Below are positions 22,731-36,221 of a DNA stretch of 64,000 nt, in pieces. Made by a program: the position numbers and the translations under genes. The notes under the pieces are model-generated. The model was not told the origin of the DNA. It saw only the letters and a list, made by a program, of their open reading frames with translations, and did not search any database. Position 1 is the first letter of the stretch. Each line of letters begins with the position of its first letter. The DNA is from Yuukianura sp. NJ FZ-2021 (Eukaryota): the NCBI GenBank assembly GCA_046563655.1, contig CM102290.1, positions 5,146,001 through 5,210,000 on the forward strand. Direction: 5' to 3'.

Positions 22731-25700
22731 CTTGGATTCTAAAATTTTAAAAACATTTTGAAATCTTTAGAGTCTTGATTGATTCAAAAACAAAACTGAA
22801 CACATTAATCTCACATTTAAAAAAAATTGAATCAAAAATTCATTCCGGAGCCAAACAACGTAACAAATCATGTCTACTTTTTTGTGTTACATTTCGAGAA
22901 ACTTTTTATTTTACAAGTTAACACAGAAGTTTTGAATTTGAAGAAAAAAGAGTCTAGATATGATGCGTATGTGTTTGTTTTTAGAAATTGTGTCACGACT
23001 AATTCTAAAAAAGTTCATAAAAATTCCGTTTCATTTGTTTTGACTTAGGTAAGTGCACGCATTAAATTTTTACTACTTTTACTATTGTATGCCTTCTCAA
23101 AACTGTAGTAAAAAAAACTCTATCATAAAAACACGCCGAGTGACAAGTGACTACAACAAACTATCAGTTTAAAAAAAAAAACTTTAAAAAATTTTCAAAT
23201 TCTATCGAAGGAATTAATGCTAAAAAAAATTTTTCAAATTTTTTTTAGCCCATTGTTTCCGAAATGTGAAAGTAGAAAGTTGCTCAAAAAAAAAATTGGC
23301 ATGACCTTGCTCAACTCTTTTTTCTTTTGAACTAACCTGACTTCCTTATTGGTGACCTTGGCGTTCCATGCAAACCGAGTTGACCTTTGACCTTTGCTGT
23401 GCTTCCCCCAGTGTTGACCTCTGACCTCTTCTGTATTTCTTTAACTATTGACTGCTGTAATTGTATTTAAGTTGTGTTTGTGGAGCAAGCGTTGCCTGTG
23501 GACTGATTGACTTGGAGTGTCAGTGGAACAATATGATTGGAAGCGATTTGTGTTGTGGGTGGCTAATGCTCAAGTGCTGACAGAGTGGGTGCTTCTGCTA
23601 AGTCAGTAACACAACAATATTCTGGACTCTAGCACCCCAAGAATTCAAGGTTCCTCTCATCCTACTTTTCTAAATTCTAGAACAGAATGTGTTCAAACAC
23701 TTTTTAAAAAACAGATCACTTTCTAGTCAGGATTTATCGATCTCATCAACTAATCAGCACCAACTAAATCAATCAAAACTTCCACCACCCATTCGCTTGC
23801 TTTGTTTCACCCATACACTTTCCAGGTACACGTACACTAATCCCGGCCTGGACGCTCATGAACGCTAAATAGTGCACGGTCAACAAAATCCAAAAGAAAT
23901 ACTTCTCTCAAATTATTTTCTAAATATCAAAAACTGAAGTGTTTTACATGAATGATAACTTCAAAGATAGAAGTTGACCTTAATATTGACGGAAACGTTT
24001 TTACGTGTTTAAGTTTTTAAGTTTTTACTTGTGTACGTGTTTATGTTTTTACGTGTGTACGTTTTTAAGTGTTTGCGTTTTTGACGTTTACTCTACTAGT
24101 TGAAGAACTTTGTGTTTTAGGATAATTTACGATAATTCATGTGTATTAATGAGTTTAATGATTGGTTGTTGAATTGCTAATTGTTTAGTTAATTAGTTGC
24201 GTTCGATAGTTTAATACGATTTTAGCCGTTGAGTGTTTTCCGTACGGCAGTTTCCTGTCGTTCTCCACTCGTCTAAAAAACTGTTTAGTGTCAGAGAAAG
24301 TAAAAAGTAAACTTTTTGCAGCAATTAATCACAATTTTAACAAAATTTCCACCCGCTCCGGTGTTAAAATTTTAAGTTTTACTTTTACTTTTCGAACACA
24401 CGTTACTAAAAATATTTTCGAAATTTATGCTAAAAGATTTGTTGGACTAAAATTTTGTGCTTTTTCATTTATTTGTTTATCGAATTTTTTCACAGTCACC
24501 TGCCAAAGGCAGGTTGAGAAAAGAAGTAGGATTTAAGTTAGATTATAATATGAATAACTCGTAAAGATCTTTTCCTGAGGGTAAGGTTCCCAAGATTGAG
24601 CAGGAGTTTCCGCGTTGGACTAAAACGATTTTATAGACTTTGTGTCTACGACATGTAGACTATAAGATATGATAGTACCCGGATAATATCCCAGTGGGAT
24701 TTCCATTATCTCTCATGTTCAGATTACTCCCATTACACAAACTGTTGTTCTCTAATTACATTTCACGCTTATAGTGCCCCTGCCCTAAAATTAAAAAAAA
24801 AGAAGGTCAAGAGTCAGTTTCCCAAATTTTCTAAATACTCTAAAAATTTCAAAATCATTCAAAATTTTACTCTCGAATCACTGTTACGCCACAGGTTCCA
24901 ACTCAAAATTTGATAACCACAAAGTCTCTATAGAAAAATTTCGAATTTCTTTTGTGGCAAAGTATCCGAATTTCAGAATTTGTAATTTCAGAATTTCGAA
25001 ATTGAACAAACTTTTTGCAATTTTTTTGCGATTTTAGTCTAATCATGTTTTTTTTTGTTAACACGGCATTGAATAATGATTGAATATTTTTTGCAACTGA
25101 CTTTGACACGTCACCTTCGTCTAGAAATCGGACCGTGGGACAGTGCCAATAAAAATCCAAGTCCATTTTTCTCAGTAGCCTCCTTAAATGGAACAGTTAG
25201 CTAAAATATTAAAATTTAATTGACTTTAGAACCATTAACTAAATACTTTCAATTTAATTGATTTGGTCTAACCATTTTGTTAGTTCTTGGACAATGACTA
25301 TAAACATTTATAGCCTCTACACAAAAAGAATCATTCTACTACAATAGATTGACCTTTGACCTCCAAGTGTAGAATGTTCTGGAACTTTTAAGAAGCTTTG
25401 AAATTGTCAAATTTTTTCAACATTTAAGAAAATAGAACGCATGGAGAAACTCTCACTATCTCGGATTTCAGTTTCTGTTTTTATTGAACAAGAATTGTTT
25501 TCTGTTCGATTGAATTTGAAAGATATAAATCACTTTTAAAATTGCCGTTTGGACACGAAAGATAAAGATTATGTTTGGAAGAACAAAGAAAGAAGAAGAT
25601 GATGATGTGACGTCTGGGACGTATGTGGAAATGCCACAGGTCAAAAGGTCAACTTTTCAATCTTAATGAACATATAATCATGCCACCCCGGAACATGTTC

Positions 25701-28700
25701 ACTTCAGCACCATTTTTAACTGGCCTCCGAAATGGCAAAAATGGCAATTCTGATTTTTGCAGAAAAAAGTTATAACGGAGTCTTGACTCTCTCGTGTGCT
25801 TTTGGTTTTTAGTGTCAACAGGGTCACGTTTCAGAAAAAAAAACCGGTTTTTAGCAAAACCATTGAACTTCTTTCAAACGGTAAATTTTGAAAACAAAAA
25901 TTGTTCAAAAAGTTAGCAGAAAAAGGCAAAATTTCAGAATCTCACAATTTTTGAATCCGTCTTGCTTCGACTGTGAACTATTTAAATTCGAAGTTTATTA
26001 TTTTGTAAAAAGTATTAAGTTTTGAACGGAATTTTAGAAGATGAAAAATATCCATCACCACTACAACAAATTTTCGTATTTAGCAGTAAACGAGAAACAA
26101 TTTCGAAAAAAAATAGTTGAAATTTTTTGGAATTTTTGTAAATCCTTTTTGGAAAAAAACGAGGCAGTTGTTGATCTCATAATTTATTGCAATTTTTGAG
26201 TCGTTTTGAATTCTGCAATGGGTTGTTCTCTCCATATGCCGCAATTTGCAAACTCTTCGTTTTTGCAAACTTAATTTTTTGCAAAGTTTTAGTTTTTCTG
26301 CTAATTACGCAATTTCACACGAGTTTAGCTCAGCGTTTTCTACTATTAAAAACATGGCCTTAACGACTAAAATTGTGGTCCACAACAGTTCTAAACTAGG
26401 TTAGAAATTAAAATAAGTTAATTAATCAATAAATTAGTTAATTAAACTAATTAAGAGTAATCGTAAGATGTAATTCGGGTTGAGTGACGGGGGAGGGGGG
26501 AGGGGTTGCACTTTCAAATCAGGCAAAATTCCCCAGTCTCCGCTCCCTCGCAACAAAAACCGAAAATTCCGACTGCTCCTGATACGCTGGCGTCCGGTCC
26601 AATGTTTTTGTGCAGAATTTTAAAAAAAATCACAAAACTCTGAATCACATTTTGGTTTTCTTTTGAAAGTTGGTTCGCAGATTTCCAAACAATCAAAGTT
26701 TTTGTGTTGGTAGTGCTGAAAGATGATGTTGAGAGGGACACGTTGGAGAGTGAACTAATGGACCAGCGGATATTGGGAATTGCTTTTAAATAATTTTGGC
26801 CAAAATTTAACAGTTAGACTCGCAAAACCTGTATTTCAACTTGGGTCCAACTGACGGTTTTTAACTTGGATTTTTTAAACTTTCCGCGTGTAGGCTACGA
26901 ATCAAAACCTCAAAAAGTAGGACTAATCCCTTGGAAAATGAAGAGGACAGGGTTCAAATCCCCCTCCCCCCAAATCAAAAAAAAAAATCGGAAGCCCTCA
27001 ATCAGTCTACACTTAATTTCTCAAAATCAAAAAATTTCAATTTTGCAACTTTTCCAAATTTTATCAAAAAAAGTAGTAAGAGGAAATCTGGAAATGTTGC
27101 GGGTGAAAACATCGGAAAATTAACAAACTTCAAAATTTTTAACTATTTAAAAAATTCAAAATTTTGTCTAAAATTTCAGTTTTGAAGGTCCACTTTACGT
27201 GATCTCACAACGGTCAAGCCAATTAGTTGCGACTTCTTGAAAGTAAAGAGGAGTCTCAGTTGACCCCAAAATTCCAAATTTGGATTTTTACGATTGTTTG
27301 GACAGGATCTGCGTGAAGATGAGGTCAGGATCATTAACGGCACTTTTTCAAAATTGGACTTGGTCGTTTCATCTGTGCTTTTGTTTTTGGCAAAAAAATC
27401 ACACGCAAGCGCATGTACAGAAAACAGTTTCCTCAAACAGGCGTCATTTCACCAATAATTTCTACTTCTTTTGTTTAATTTGCCATGTTTTTCGGCAAAG
27501 GTTTAACAGGTCATCTTGTGACTTCTTTTTTTCGGCTCGCAGGAGATGAGAAGGAACTGAAGTAATTACAAATTGTAGTGTCATGTGAACTGAGCAAAAG
27601 TGCAGAATTTTAGCAAAAAGTGGTTGGACCAGGTTCAAATAATTCGCAACAATCAGTAACTGGGAAATTGAACCTTTGGACTATGAGCTACTGATGCTGC
27701 TGCACTTGAGGGATCGAAGTACAGTTGCAGGAATTGGGCAAAGAAGCGGTTTTTTTTTTCAAATAAAAGCGGGTTTTGGGGCATCGAAACCATTGATGAC
27801 CATTGGCATGCCATTCATCCCTCCAAGGCCTCCGATGTTTAACAGTTTACACCGCCCACTGGCAAATTTTTTGAAAAATCAACCGAAATGTGGTTGTGAC
27901 CCCATGGGGTGGTAGGAGGAAGTTGTAAAAAAGTTTTTACAAACGTTGATATTTTTTTCAAAAAAGAGTTCAAGAGTTTAGTACTGGTTACACATCGTAA
28001 TTATTGTGTTGGATTCAGTTTTCAACTTAATTTTTGCTGTTTTTTGAAAAATTTGTAATGGAAGAGCTACTTTAAAAAGTTTGAATTTAAAAAAGTATTT
28101 TACTTTTCTTAATTTTCAAGGTTTCATATTTTCATCTTCATAAGGAGGAGACGCTTCGAGAGAAAATTTCATCATGAATTTTAACAAAGAACAACTCTGC
28201 AACGTTATTTCCGCACCCAGCGCACCAACGGTGCGTAGACATAAAGGTAAAGTCAGTTCATGAAATCGTAAACATAAGGTTCAAAGTAATTACTATCAGC
28301 AATTGCATAGTTTACAACAAAGTAGGTTTTTGTAACTAATTTACGTCAATTAACTTTAACAAACATTTGGTTAACTTAAGAAGTAACCACCGTAATTGTT
28401 TCCTCATTTTTTATCCACTCCGGCCATCTTTAGTAGCTACAATAGTCGGCTATACCTGAGTGGCAATGTAGCCAACATCACCTCACCATCACTTCAAGAG
28501 TGGCAACATAGGTTGCGACACAGTGGCTACACATGGGCATTAAACATGGTCGGATATTACTTACATGATGTCGTTAACCCTTACCGCAACCAACTTTTGC
28601 ATTAAATGAAATCCGCATCGCGCTAACTTTGAACAACTATGTTCACATGTGCGCTCCAGGAATCAGCTGACTTAACGGTGGTCCTGGACCGCGATCTCAT

Positions 28701-29074
28701 GTGCTTCATTCAATCCTCCCTCAGTGGCAATTACAGCAGAAATTTAAGGTAATTATCATTAATCAACCAATTAACATCACACTTTCATATACTGCTTCAT
28801 TGTTTCTGAAATTAGGATTATCTGGTTAAAATTTTTTAGCTTTTCGTTCGTCGTCCAGTCGTCACTAGCTGAGTTGAAGCCCGGAACTAACATTTCCATT
28901 TGATTCAACACTCCAGAATAATTTCAAGTTCCTTCGATATCCAAACATTGTCATTCTCTAACGTCACTAAAGATCGAAGAAGTATTGACATAAATCAGGT
29001 AGTTTTTAATGCTTTCTAGTCGGACTCCAGTGTAAATGTCAAGGTAAAGAGATGGTATTTGGTTGTTTCCAGAA

Positions 29075-29916
29075 ATGCGGAGGTTCCTTTCAGTCACGGC
29101 ATCTGTATACCCCAAACTCATTAGTCAGCCACGGTTCCAGTGGATGTCCACAACTGCATCAACCACGACGGCTTCCACAACGGACTCACCGAGTCCTGCC
29201 ACAGTCGAAGCCCTCAATGAAGAATTGGCCAAAGCCAACTTGGAGACAGAGAATGAAAGAACCAAATACAAGGAGCTGGACGTAAGTCTACATTGATCTT
29301 AATAGCTCGAGTATCTAATCGTACTACGATTATCTTCTAACTCAAAAGTTGTTGGTCACTTATAGGACAAATACAAGAGATCACTGGCTGACTCTGAGAA
29401 TCTGCGTATGCGGCTAACAAAACAAATTCAGGAGCAGAAACTGTTTGCCATCCAAAACTTTTGCAAGGATCTCACCGATGTAAGTCAATTTATGAAACAT
29501 CGGTGTGTTGCCAACTAATAACATTGATTATTGTGAATTAGATCGAAGACATTCTACGTTTAGCGATCGACAGTGTGCCGAAGGAGAAGTTATCAGAGAA
29601 CAAACACCTCAAGGAACTGTACGAGGGACTGACGATGACACAAGCGCAGCTCCTCAAAGTCTTTAGTAGGCATGGACTAACCCAAGTGAATCCAATCGAC
29701 ACCAAATTTAATCCAAATGAACATGAAGCAGTTATGCAACGGGTATTGTTCGAGACAACTTTTTCCTTTACTTTCTGTATCGATAAACAATGATTTGGGT
29801 TTTAATAACAGGAGGAGCCGGGTAAAACTTCCGGAACAGTTATATTCGTGTCTAAATTGGGATACAAGTTACACGACAGAGTAATCCGACCAGCAATTGT
29901 AGGAGTAGCAAAGTAA
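29075..29916 (+). CDS. GRPEL1: Mitochondrial GrpE nucleotide-exchange factor (Roe1/GRPEL), ~208 aa
   Basis: Exons 29075-29281, 29366-29479 (DKYKRSLADSENLRMRL), 29542-29742 (LYEGLTMTQAQLLKVFSRHGL..KFNPNEHEAV), 29812-29916 (GYKLHDRVIRPAIVGVAK*). The N-terminus is a basic, Ser/Thr-rich presequence. Confidence 0.95.
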
Positions 29917-30251
29917 GTTCAGTAACAAACTCTCAATAAAGTTATCAAAAGTAGATCTTCACACTTTTCCCGCCACGATAACAATTTTTTGACTTTTTAT
30001 TTATGAAAACAACCGAAATTGTGATTTGGTTGACTTACACGACACTAAATGGTTTTCCTTATCCTTACTTTTAGTAATTTGTACAGTTTAATTTGACCCT
30101 TGTAGAAGAATACAGTTGTGGGTGGAGGAAGTATGCAACGTTTTAGTAATCTGTACGCAGAATAATAATATACTTGTCAAAATGGGGAAAACTTTTGTCC
30201 AGTTCAACTTTAGCGTAGCATGTCCAACCCAAAGCACTACTGACTGAAGTC

Positions 30252-32453
30252 TCAGTGAATAATTTTGGGTGGTTTGGTAATGACTTTCCACTCTCCAGTG
30301 TTGTAGTTCATTTGAAAATGAGTTTCCACAATGGCAGACACCCAAGCTCCGTCTCTTTGTTGATGAAGTTCTTCTTTTTCACTAAGTTTGATGGTAACTA
30401 TATTTCCTAGTTCAGGACACGGATTTTCTAGAAACACAAAACAATTGACAGCATTTGGACAACACAAAGCACATTCCGTCTAAATTGTGAAGCCTACCTC
30501 TCGTTCCAGCCATGAATTTCAGAATATGTTCCTTCTCAGGCCTCGTCGCTCTGTTGGCCGTTACAAAGATCGCTTGCGCTTTTTCCATCAACTCTTTCTG
30601 TAATTGTAAAGCAAAACAATCGTAAATTAAAGTCAAAGTAATTGGTGAGACACATTGCGTTAATTGAGAGTTACCGAGAGTGTGACGTAATTTTGAGCTT
30701 GATGATTAGGTACTTGGAGAATAACGGTTTTTGTCATCGCTTGGGCCTGTGCCGTAGGTGGAACAGGCGGCTGCTGTGGAGGCGGAGGTGACGGTGGCGT
30801 CTGCATTTCAAAACAAATATTTTGATTTTAACTCTTACTTTTAATTTGAAACAAAAACTTAGACTTAGCGTATCAACCAACCTGCTTCGTTTCACGTAAG
30901 GGTTGAGGCGGGGTGGGAGGTGGCGTTTGAATTCTGGGATCGTAGAGGGAATCATCCCGCTTAGTTCCAGCTCTGTGATTGGTTGTCGTTTCTGTGACGA
31001 TTGGAGTTTGTCTAAAAGGCAACGGTGTTACGGGCAGAGGATTCGTAATGAGAGGCTGTGGCTGTGGAGGTGACTGGAATAAGGCAGGATTTGGTGGGGC
31101 AGCAATGAGTGGAGTCGGTGGAGGAGGAGTGGGAACACGGACAGACGAGGGCAGCCCAGCGGCATAGTCTGGCCCCTCAGACCCACTCCCGTCTTCCGTA
31201 TGGGTTCCATGCTTCTTGAACTCGTCACCATCTACAACAAAATAAGCATGAGTTTGGCCATATATAAGGTAAAATATGTTAAGTTTAATTAATAACTTAA
31301 GTTAATTACCGGTGGCCTTTCTGCGACGTTTGTTCGAACCGAATCCTACGGGTTGTTCAGCAATATCCAGCATCTTGATGCCACCCTTCTTTTCAGATCC
31401 ATGTCGTATAGAGGGACGTGTGGGAGTAAGTGACGGTGGAGTTCCTGTGGCTCTATTGGCTGACTGTACGCTTGGAATTCCTTTGAGTGGAGCTGTTTAG
31501 ATTAATCAATAACGAATTAGAAACGATAAACTAATTAGAAACGAAATACATAGAAGAATCGATTCATATTATGGTATCAACTTACTTGTGTCGGTCATCT
31601 TTCTAGGCATTCCACGCGTACGAAGTGGAATCGTAGGAGCAGGTATCTTTTTCAAGTTATGCTTAGCAGCATCGGAGGCTCTGTCCATCAGTTCCTTGCG
31701 GATTATCATTGATTTCATCTTATTTCGCTGATTGAAATGCTTGACGACGGGTTTCTACATAGATATATTTGAATATTTGAGTAAAATACGAAACATTCAA
31801 CTGAATTGATACAAATGTTACCTGCGAGCCCACTACAGTATTCAGAGCAGTTTTGTTTAGGTAGTGACATTCAATAGGAAGGAGATTCAGCGTATTTCGC
31901 TTCACTAGAACGTAAAAACAACGATAGTTTGGTTACTCCCATAATAAGCTGACGTCGCTGAAACGTTTTTAAGGATGTAAGCAGTCGTTTCTTACTTTCC
32001 TTCGTTACTTCTTCTGCGAGATCATAAAATATTCTTCTATTCTCTTCCGGTTCAGCAATGTCTATGTGAAGGCAATTTGTAGTTGGAAAGGACTTGAGTA
32101 TCTCTGCCAACATCGCCACCCACTGTTCACTGTCGGCCTGTGCTACTTCCAGTATTTCCTCTAGTTCCAGCTTCCACTAAATATTTACAAACCAATATTG
32201 GAATTACAGAAACCTAGCATGTAGTTTGATTTGTTTTGATCAGTACCTCATCTATACTCCGTTTTGGAATATGGAAGAAGGACAACAAAAGTTTGAGTTT
32301 CACTTGGGTTTGCAGATCAATAAAGCACTCTTTGATATTCCTGAGAACTTCGGCATTTAACTGAGAGGTAATTGAGCCACTGGTCCATGGTTCATTAGAA
32401 CCCAATTTGTTGTGTAACCAAAGGGAAGTATCACTGTCCCGTACATTGGCCAT
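30252..32453 (-). CDS. NELFA: Negative elongation factor A, ~524 aa
   Basis: Starts MANVRDSDTSLWLHNKLG. The C-terminal domain reads FVTANRATRPEKEHILKFMAGTRENPCPELGNIVTIKLSE. Exons 32453-32247, 32176-31996, 31904-31822, 31754-31586, 31492-31310, 31231-30882, 30800-30675, 30597-30498, 30427-30252. Confidence 0.95.
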
Positions 32454-33836
32454 TACAGATTAGATCCGATTCAACTGCTAGTCCGACGTAAACAAATCTA
32501 TGACCGTAGCACTGCAACAATATGACCTGGACACATATAATCAGCTGTTTCAGTTAAATCAAGGAATACGAGTGGAAAATGACAATTCCAGTTAGTAATT
32601 ACCTTAGTTTTGATGGAAACGATGTCCAGTTAATCAGTATTTCTTCCCGCATCTAATTGTAACATGCAGAGTCAACCTAAAACTAACAAACTAAAATCTA
32701 AGTAATCTAGATGGTAATTAAAGATTATTAATTAAAAATGATTAACAAATCGAATTCCAGAACTCAATTGACTCCTTCTGGAACTTCAAACTTCAAATGA
32801 ATTAACTTTCGCAAAAATAAACAAAATAGTATTTGAATCCAGTTCCAATATGGATCGTCTTCAGAGCTGGGCGAAATGTTGAAAGCTTAATTGCTTGAAC
32901 AGGTTCATTTTGTTTACAGGACTGTACATGATTTGCTCTAACTTTTAGCATGAAACGGTGTATTTTAAGTTGCATTGATAGCTTACTAATTAATTAAAAT
33001 TAATCTTTAGCGTCACAAACTTATCAGCGTTTTTCATCATTAAAATCCGTTGTCATACGTGTCTCAATCTGCCCCTCCAGAATTTGCGAGCCAAGGTGAT
33101 TCAAATCTAATGGCGCGTATTTTTTCCAATTCGACAATTTGAATTCGAAAATGACAAAAAATTACAAAATTCGTCCAATTGCCAATTGCAAAATTCGTAA
33201 AATTGCGAAACTGTCATTGCGAAACTGAAAATTCATTGAACAATTAAGCAAAACGATAAGTCCATAGCGTTCCAAATTACATAAGTTGGTTTAATTTAAA
33301 CTAACTACTTAAAACTATGCTTTCTCGCTCAAATATTTATCTTGAAGAGGATATTTTTCTGTTGAATTGTTTATACTTTAGTAGTTGAAATGCAAATGCC
33401 AGTTTTGCAATTTCGGCATTATAATTCAACATTCTTCCCTCTCTTTTTCATGTTGTTGGCAAAACTACAAAACTAAAAAAAAAGTTTGTTGTTGTGTGCA
33501 AATATTCAGCAACTTTAACGGACAACAACGGCCCCTTTGTTCCTTTGGTCGGTCAGTCAAAGTCCTTTCTACGTCGTTAAAATTAAGCGAAATCAGCGAT
33601 TAATAATCGGATCTCCAAAGTCGCAAGCTCGTAACCTTTTAACACCCGTGTGTCAGAAGAATTCAGAGAACCTCATTAATACTCAAGGATTCGCATCCGC
33701 AATCTTCAGGTATTGGCTTCCTTTTGTTTAAAATCACTTACCGAAATTCATCAACTGATTTTACTTAGGTCCCTGTTCCGGTACTGAAGTGAAGATCAAT
33801 TCACCTTTGTGCAACGTTTACGTGACTTAATGAGAA
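32454..33836. promoter_or_regulatory. Divergent (probably bidirectional) promoter region of NELF-A and the Brambleberry-like gene
   Basis: Head-to-head ATGs are about 1.4 kb apart, with apparent 5'-UTR introns on both sides. The TSSs were not located. Confidence 0.5.
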
Positions 33837-36221
33837 ATGGTTAGACGAAGGGGACGTGGCCACGGTCAATTTGGACTGGACTTCACTACTACTGCTTATA
33901 CTGTCATAATTTTCGCATGGATTTTCTTCTGCGCTACGACATTAGGACAAGAGAAGTACCGAGGTCATTATGATTCCAAAGTGCAGTTGACTAAGAAACT
34001 AAGCAATGGAAAAAATGAAATGGACATGCTAGTAATGAGATCAAAGCTACCAACAGTTGGCCAATGTTGGAAAGATGCTCTGGAAGATTTGCATGCCAGT
34101 TGTGGGGAGCTTGACGACGAAATGCAATCGCGACTGGCTCTTTCCTTTACGTCGTGCTTTATTGAGATGACCGGTGGATCGAACCATATCTGTGAAAAAT
34201 CTACTCCAATCAAAAACTGTTTGAGCACTCTGGACAAGCTAGAAATGGACACATTCCGTGACTACTTTTTGCATACGCAGGACATGTGCTACTACATTCA
34301 GAGTCAAATTTGGCATGAAGAAACGGATCGAGCAGTTAACGAGTAAGTTAGTTCCATAAAATTAAATTTGTATTATTTGTTTTATTTAAACTTGTTTATT
34401 CTAATCCTTTGGGTTTTGAATTTTTAGGCTACAATTTGCTGCACTTGAAATGGAGAAAACTGTCAAGGAACAGAAGAGCATTGCAGATTCTATTCTCGAG
34501 TCGCAACATAACTCACACAGCGTCCAGAGGGAAATGCTCAAAGAAAATTATGAAATGTTCGAAAAAGTTGTCAAAATCAAGAACAATTTAGAGGATTTCG
34601 GGTAACATAATTTTAATTTCTGTTGTTTGGGAATATTTTTCTCTATATGCTTATTTATTCTTTCAGGGCTGAAGCTCGTGAGCACAGAATTATCTTTAGT
34701 GAAATTTTTGAAAAGCTGCGAAGGATGCAAGATCTGGTTGTGTGGATCCAAGGTGAGATGTCACTCCTTGATTTGCTCACATTCTACGCAGGAGGTGCCG
34801 TATTCGCATACTTTCTGACTGCTACTGAGCGGTCACATGGTGCTCGTCTGTGGATGATAATGACTTTAGTAGCTGGACTTTGTGGTGAACGCTACCTGTA
34901 TGGACACTACACGGCTAGTAATGGGGTTGTGCACATGACGCCAGTAAGTACTAATTAATTAATTCATTATTTTTTTTTTGTCTATTTTTTTATTAAGTGT
35001 CATTGTCAATTCCAGGAGGAGATTTTGGTTTGGATTCAATACTATCGCAAAGTCGTCGCTGCCTGTTGTGCGACAATCTTGCTCTTTCACCTGGCAATGT
35101 ACAGGGACTTACAAGTTATCAACAATTCGTTGCTAATGAACATGTCAAACCGCATGGACGAGTTCAAGGCCTGGAGCGGTAGAGTATTTCACTAAATAGT
35201 TTATATAATTTAAATAGTGTAAATAAAATAGTTTAAATAGAGTAAACAGTTTAACTTTTTCAACGGTTTATTTTTTGTGTCTCAATTTCAGACCAAGTGA
35301 ACAAGAGCATTACTGAGGGACAACCAGTTCTTGAACGTTTGGACAAAATAATAGCCAATCACGCCCTGAATCAAGCCTTCTTCCCGACGTTGTTGAACGA
35401 ACCGCCTGCTCCTCCTGCAGTTCTTCCAGCCGGTGAGGAGACTGACGACGACGACCAAGAATCAGTTCCTGACAGGGACAACGATGACCCATATCCTGCT
35501 GCTGGAGAAAGTAATGACCAGGACCAAGGTGCTGTTCGTGATCGTGAGTCTGATTCCAGCGAGTACTTTGACTCTGGAGAGGAAGATGAAGAGAATCAGG
35601 ATCGAGTGCTTGGTTTACTTTCGCAACCTGAAGCTGTCCGCATTCCGTTCTTTAGTCTCCAACACGCCAGAAACCTGTGCACGTTACCCATGAACCCATT
35701 CTCCAGTGAACCGCATGAGCAAGAAAGTGATAACAATCCAAAAGAAGTGTTTGGCGATTCTAACGGAACTCCTGATCGTCCTGCCGTTGCCGTAAGTTAA
35801 AATAACCTATAATGTCACCATAGCAGGTGAAATGGTCAAAATTATTTGATCAAAAAGTCAAAAGGTCAAAAAACGAAAATGTTAATAGCTACAAATAAAG
35901 TTTATGTTTGGCTACTGGTTAGGCTATGTTGTGGGATGTTTGAGCTTCTCACTTTGTGAACTTTTCATTTTTTGATCAAATTGTTTTTGGCCATATTTAG
36001 TATTAGTAACTTCAAAACAAAAACTAACTTGACTTCTACTACTTTCGCAGGAATTCAAGTACAATTTGCGAGAACGGAAACCCGGTCAATCTCCGTACTC
36101 TCGTGGTGGGTCAGTTGAGCCTCAACCGAGCAAACCTAAGGCCAAACGCGGTGGTGGCAAAAAAGCACAAGCCCCACCACCAAAACCAATCGGTGGCTAC
36201 TATTCTTCCGATGATGACTAG
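33837..36221 (+). CDS. Brambleberry/GEX1/KAR5-family nuclear-envelope fusion protein, ~596 aa
   Basis: An N-terminal hydrophobic segment precedes a six-Cys domain (CWKDALEDLHASC..QSRLALSFTSCF..C..C..YFLHTQDMCYYIQSQIWHEET). A coiled-coil-like stretch, three predicted TM segments and an acidic-then-basic tail (KYNLRERK) follow. Exons 33837-34342, 34428-34601, 34667-34943, 35016-35178, 35292-35791, 36051-36221. Confidence 0.82.
35821..35998. mobile_element. Foldback/MITE-like interspersed repeat in the last intron of the Brambleberry-like gene
   Basis: Begins TAGCAGGTGAAATGGTCAAAAT, shared with 40159, and has imperfect inverted arms. Ends are approximate. Confidence 0.6.
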
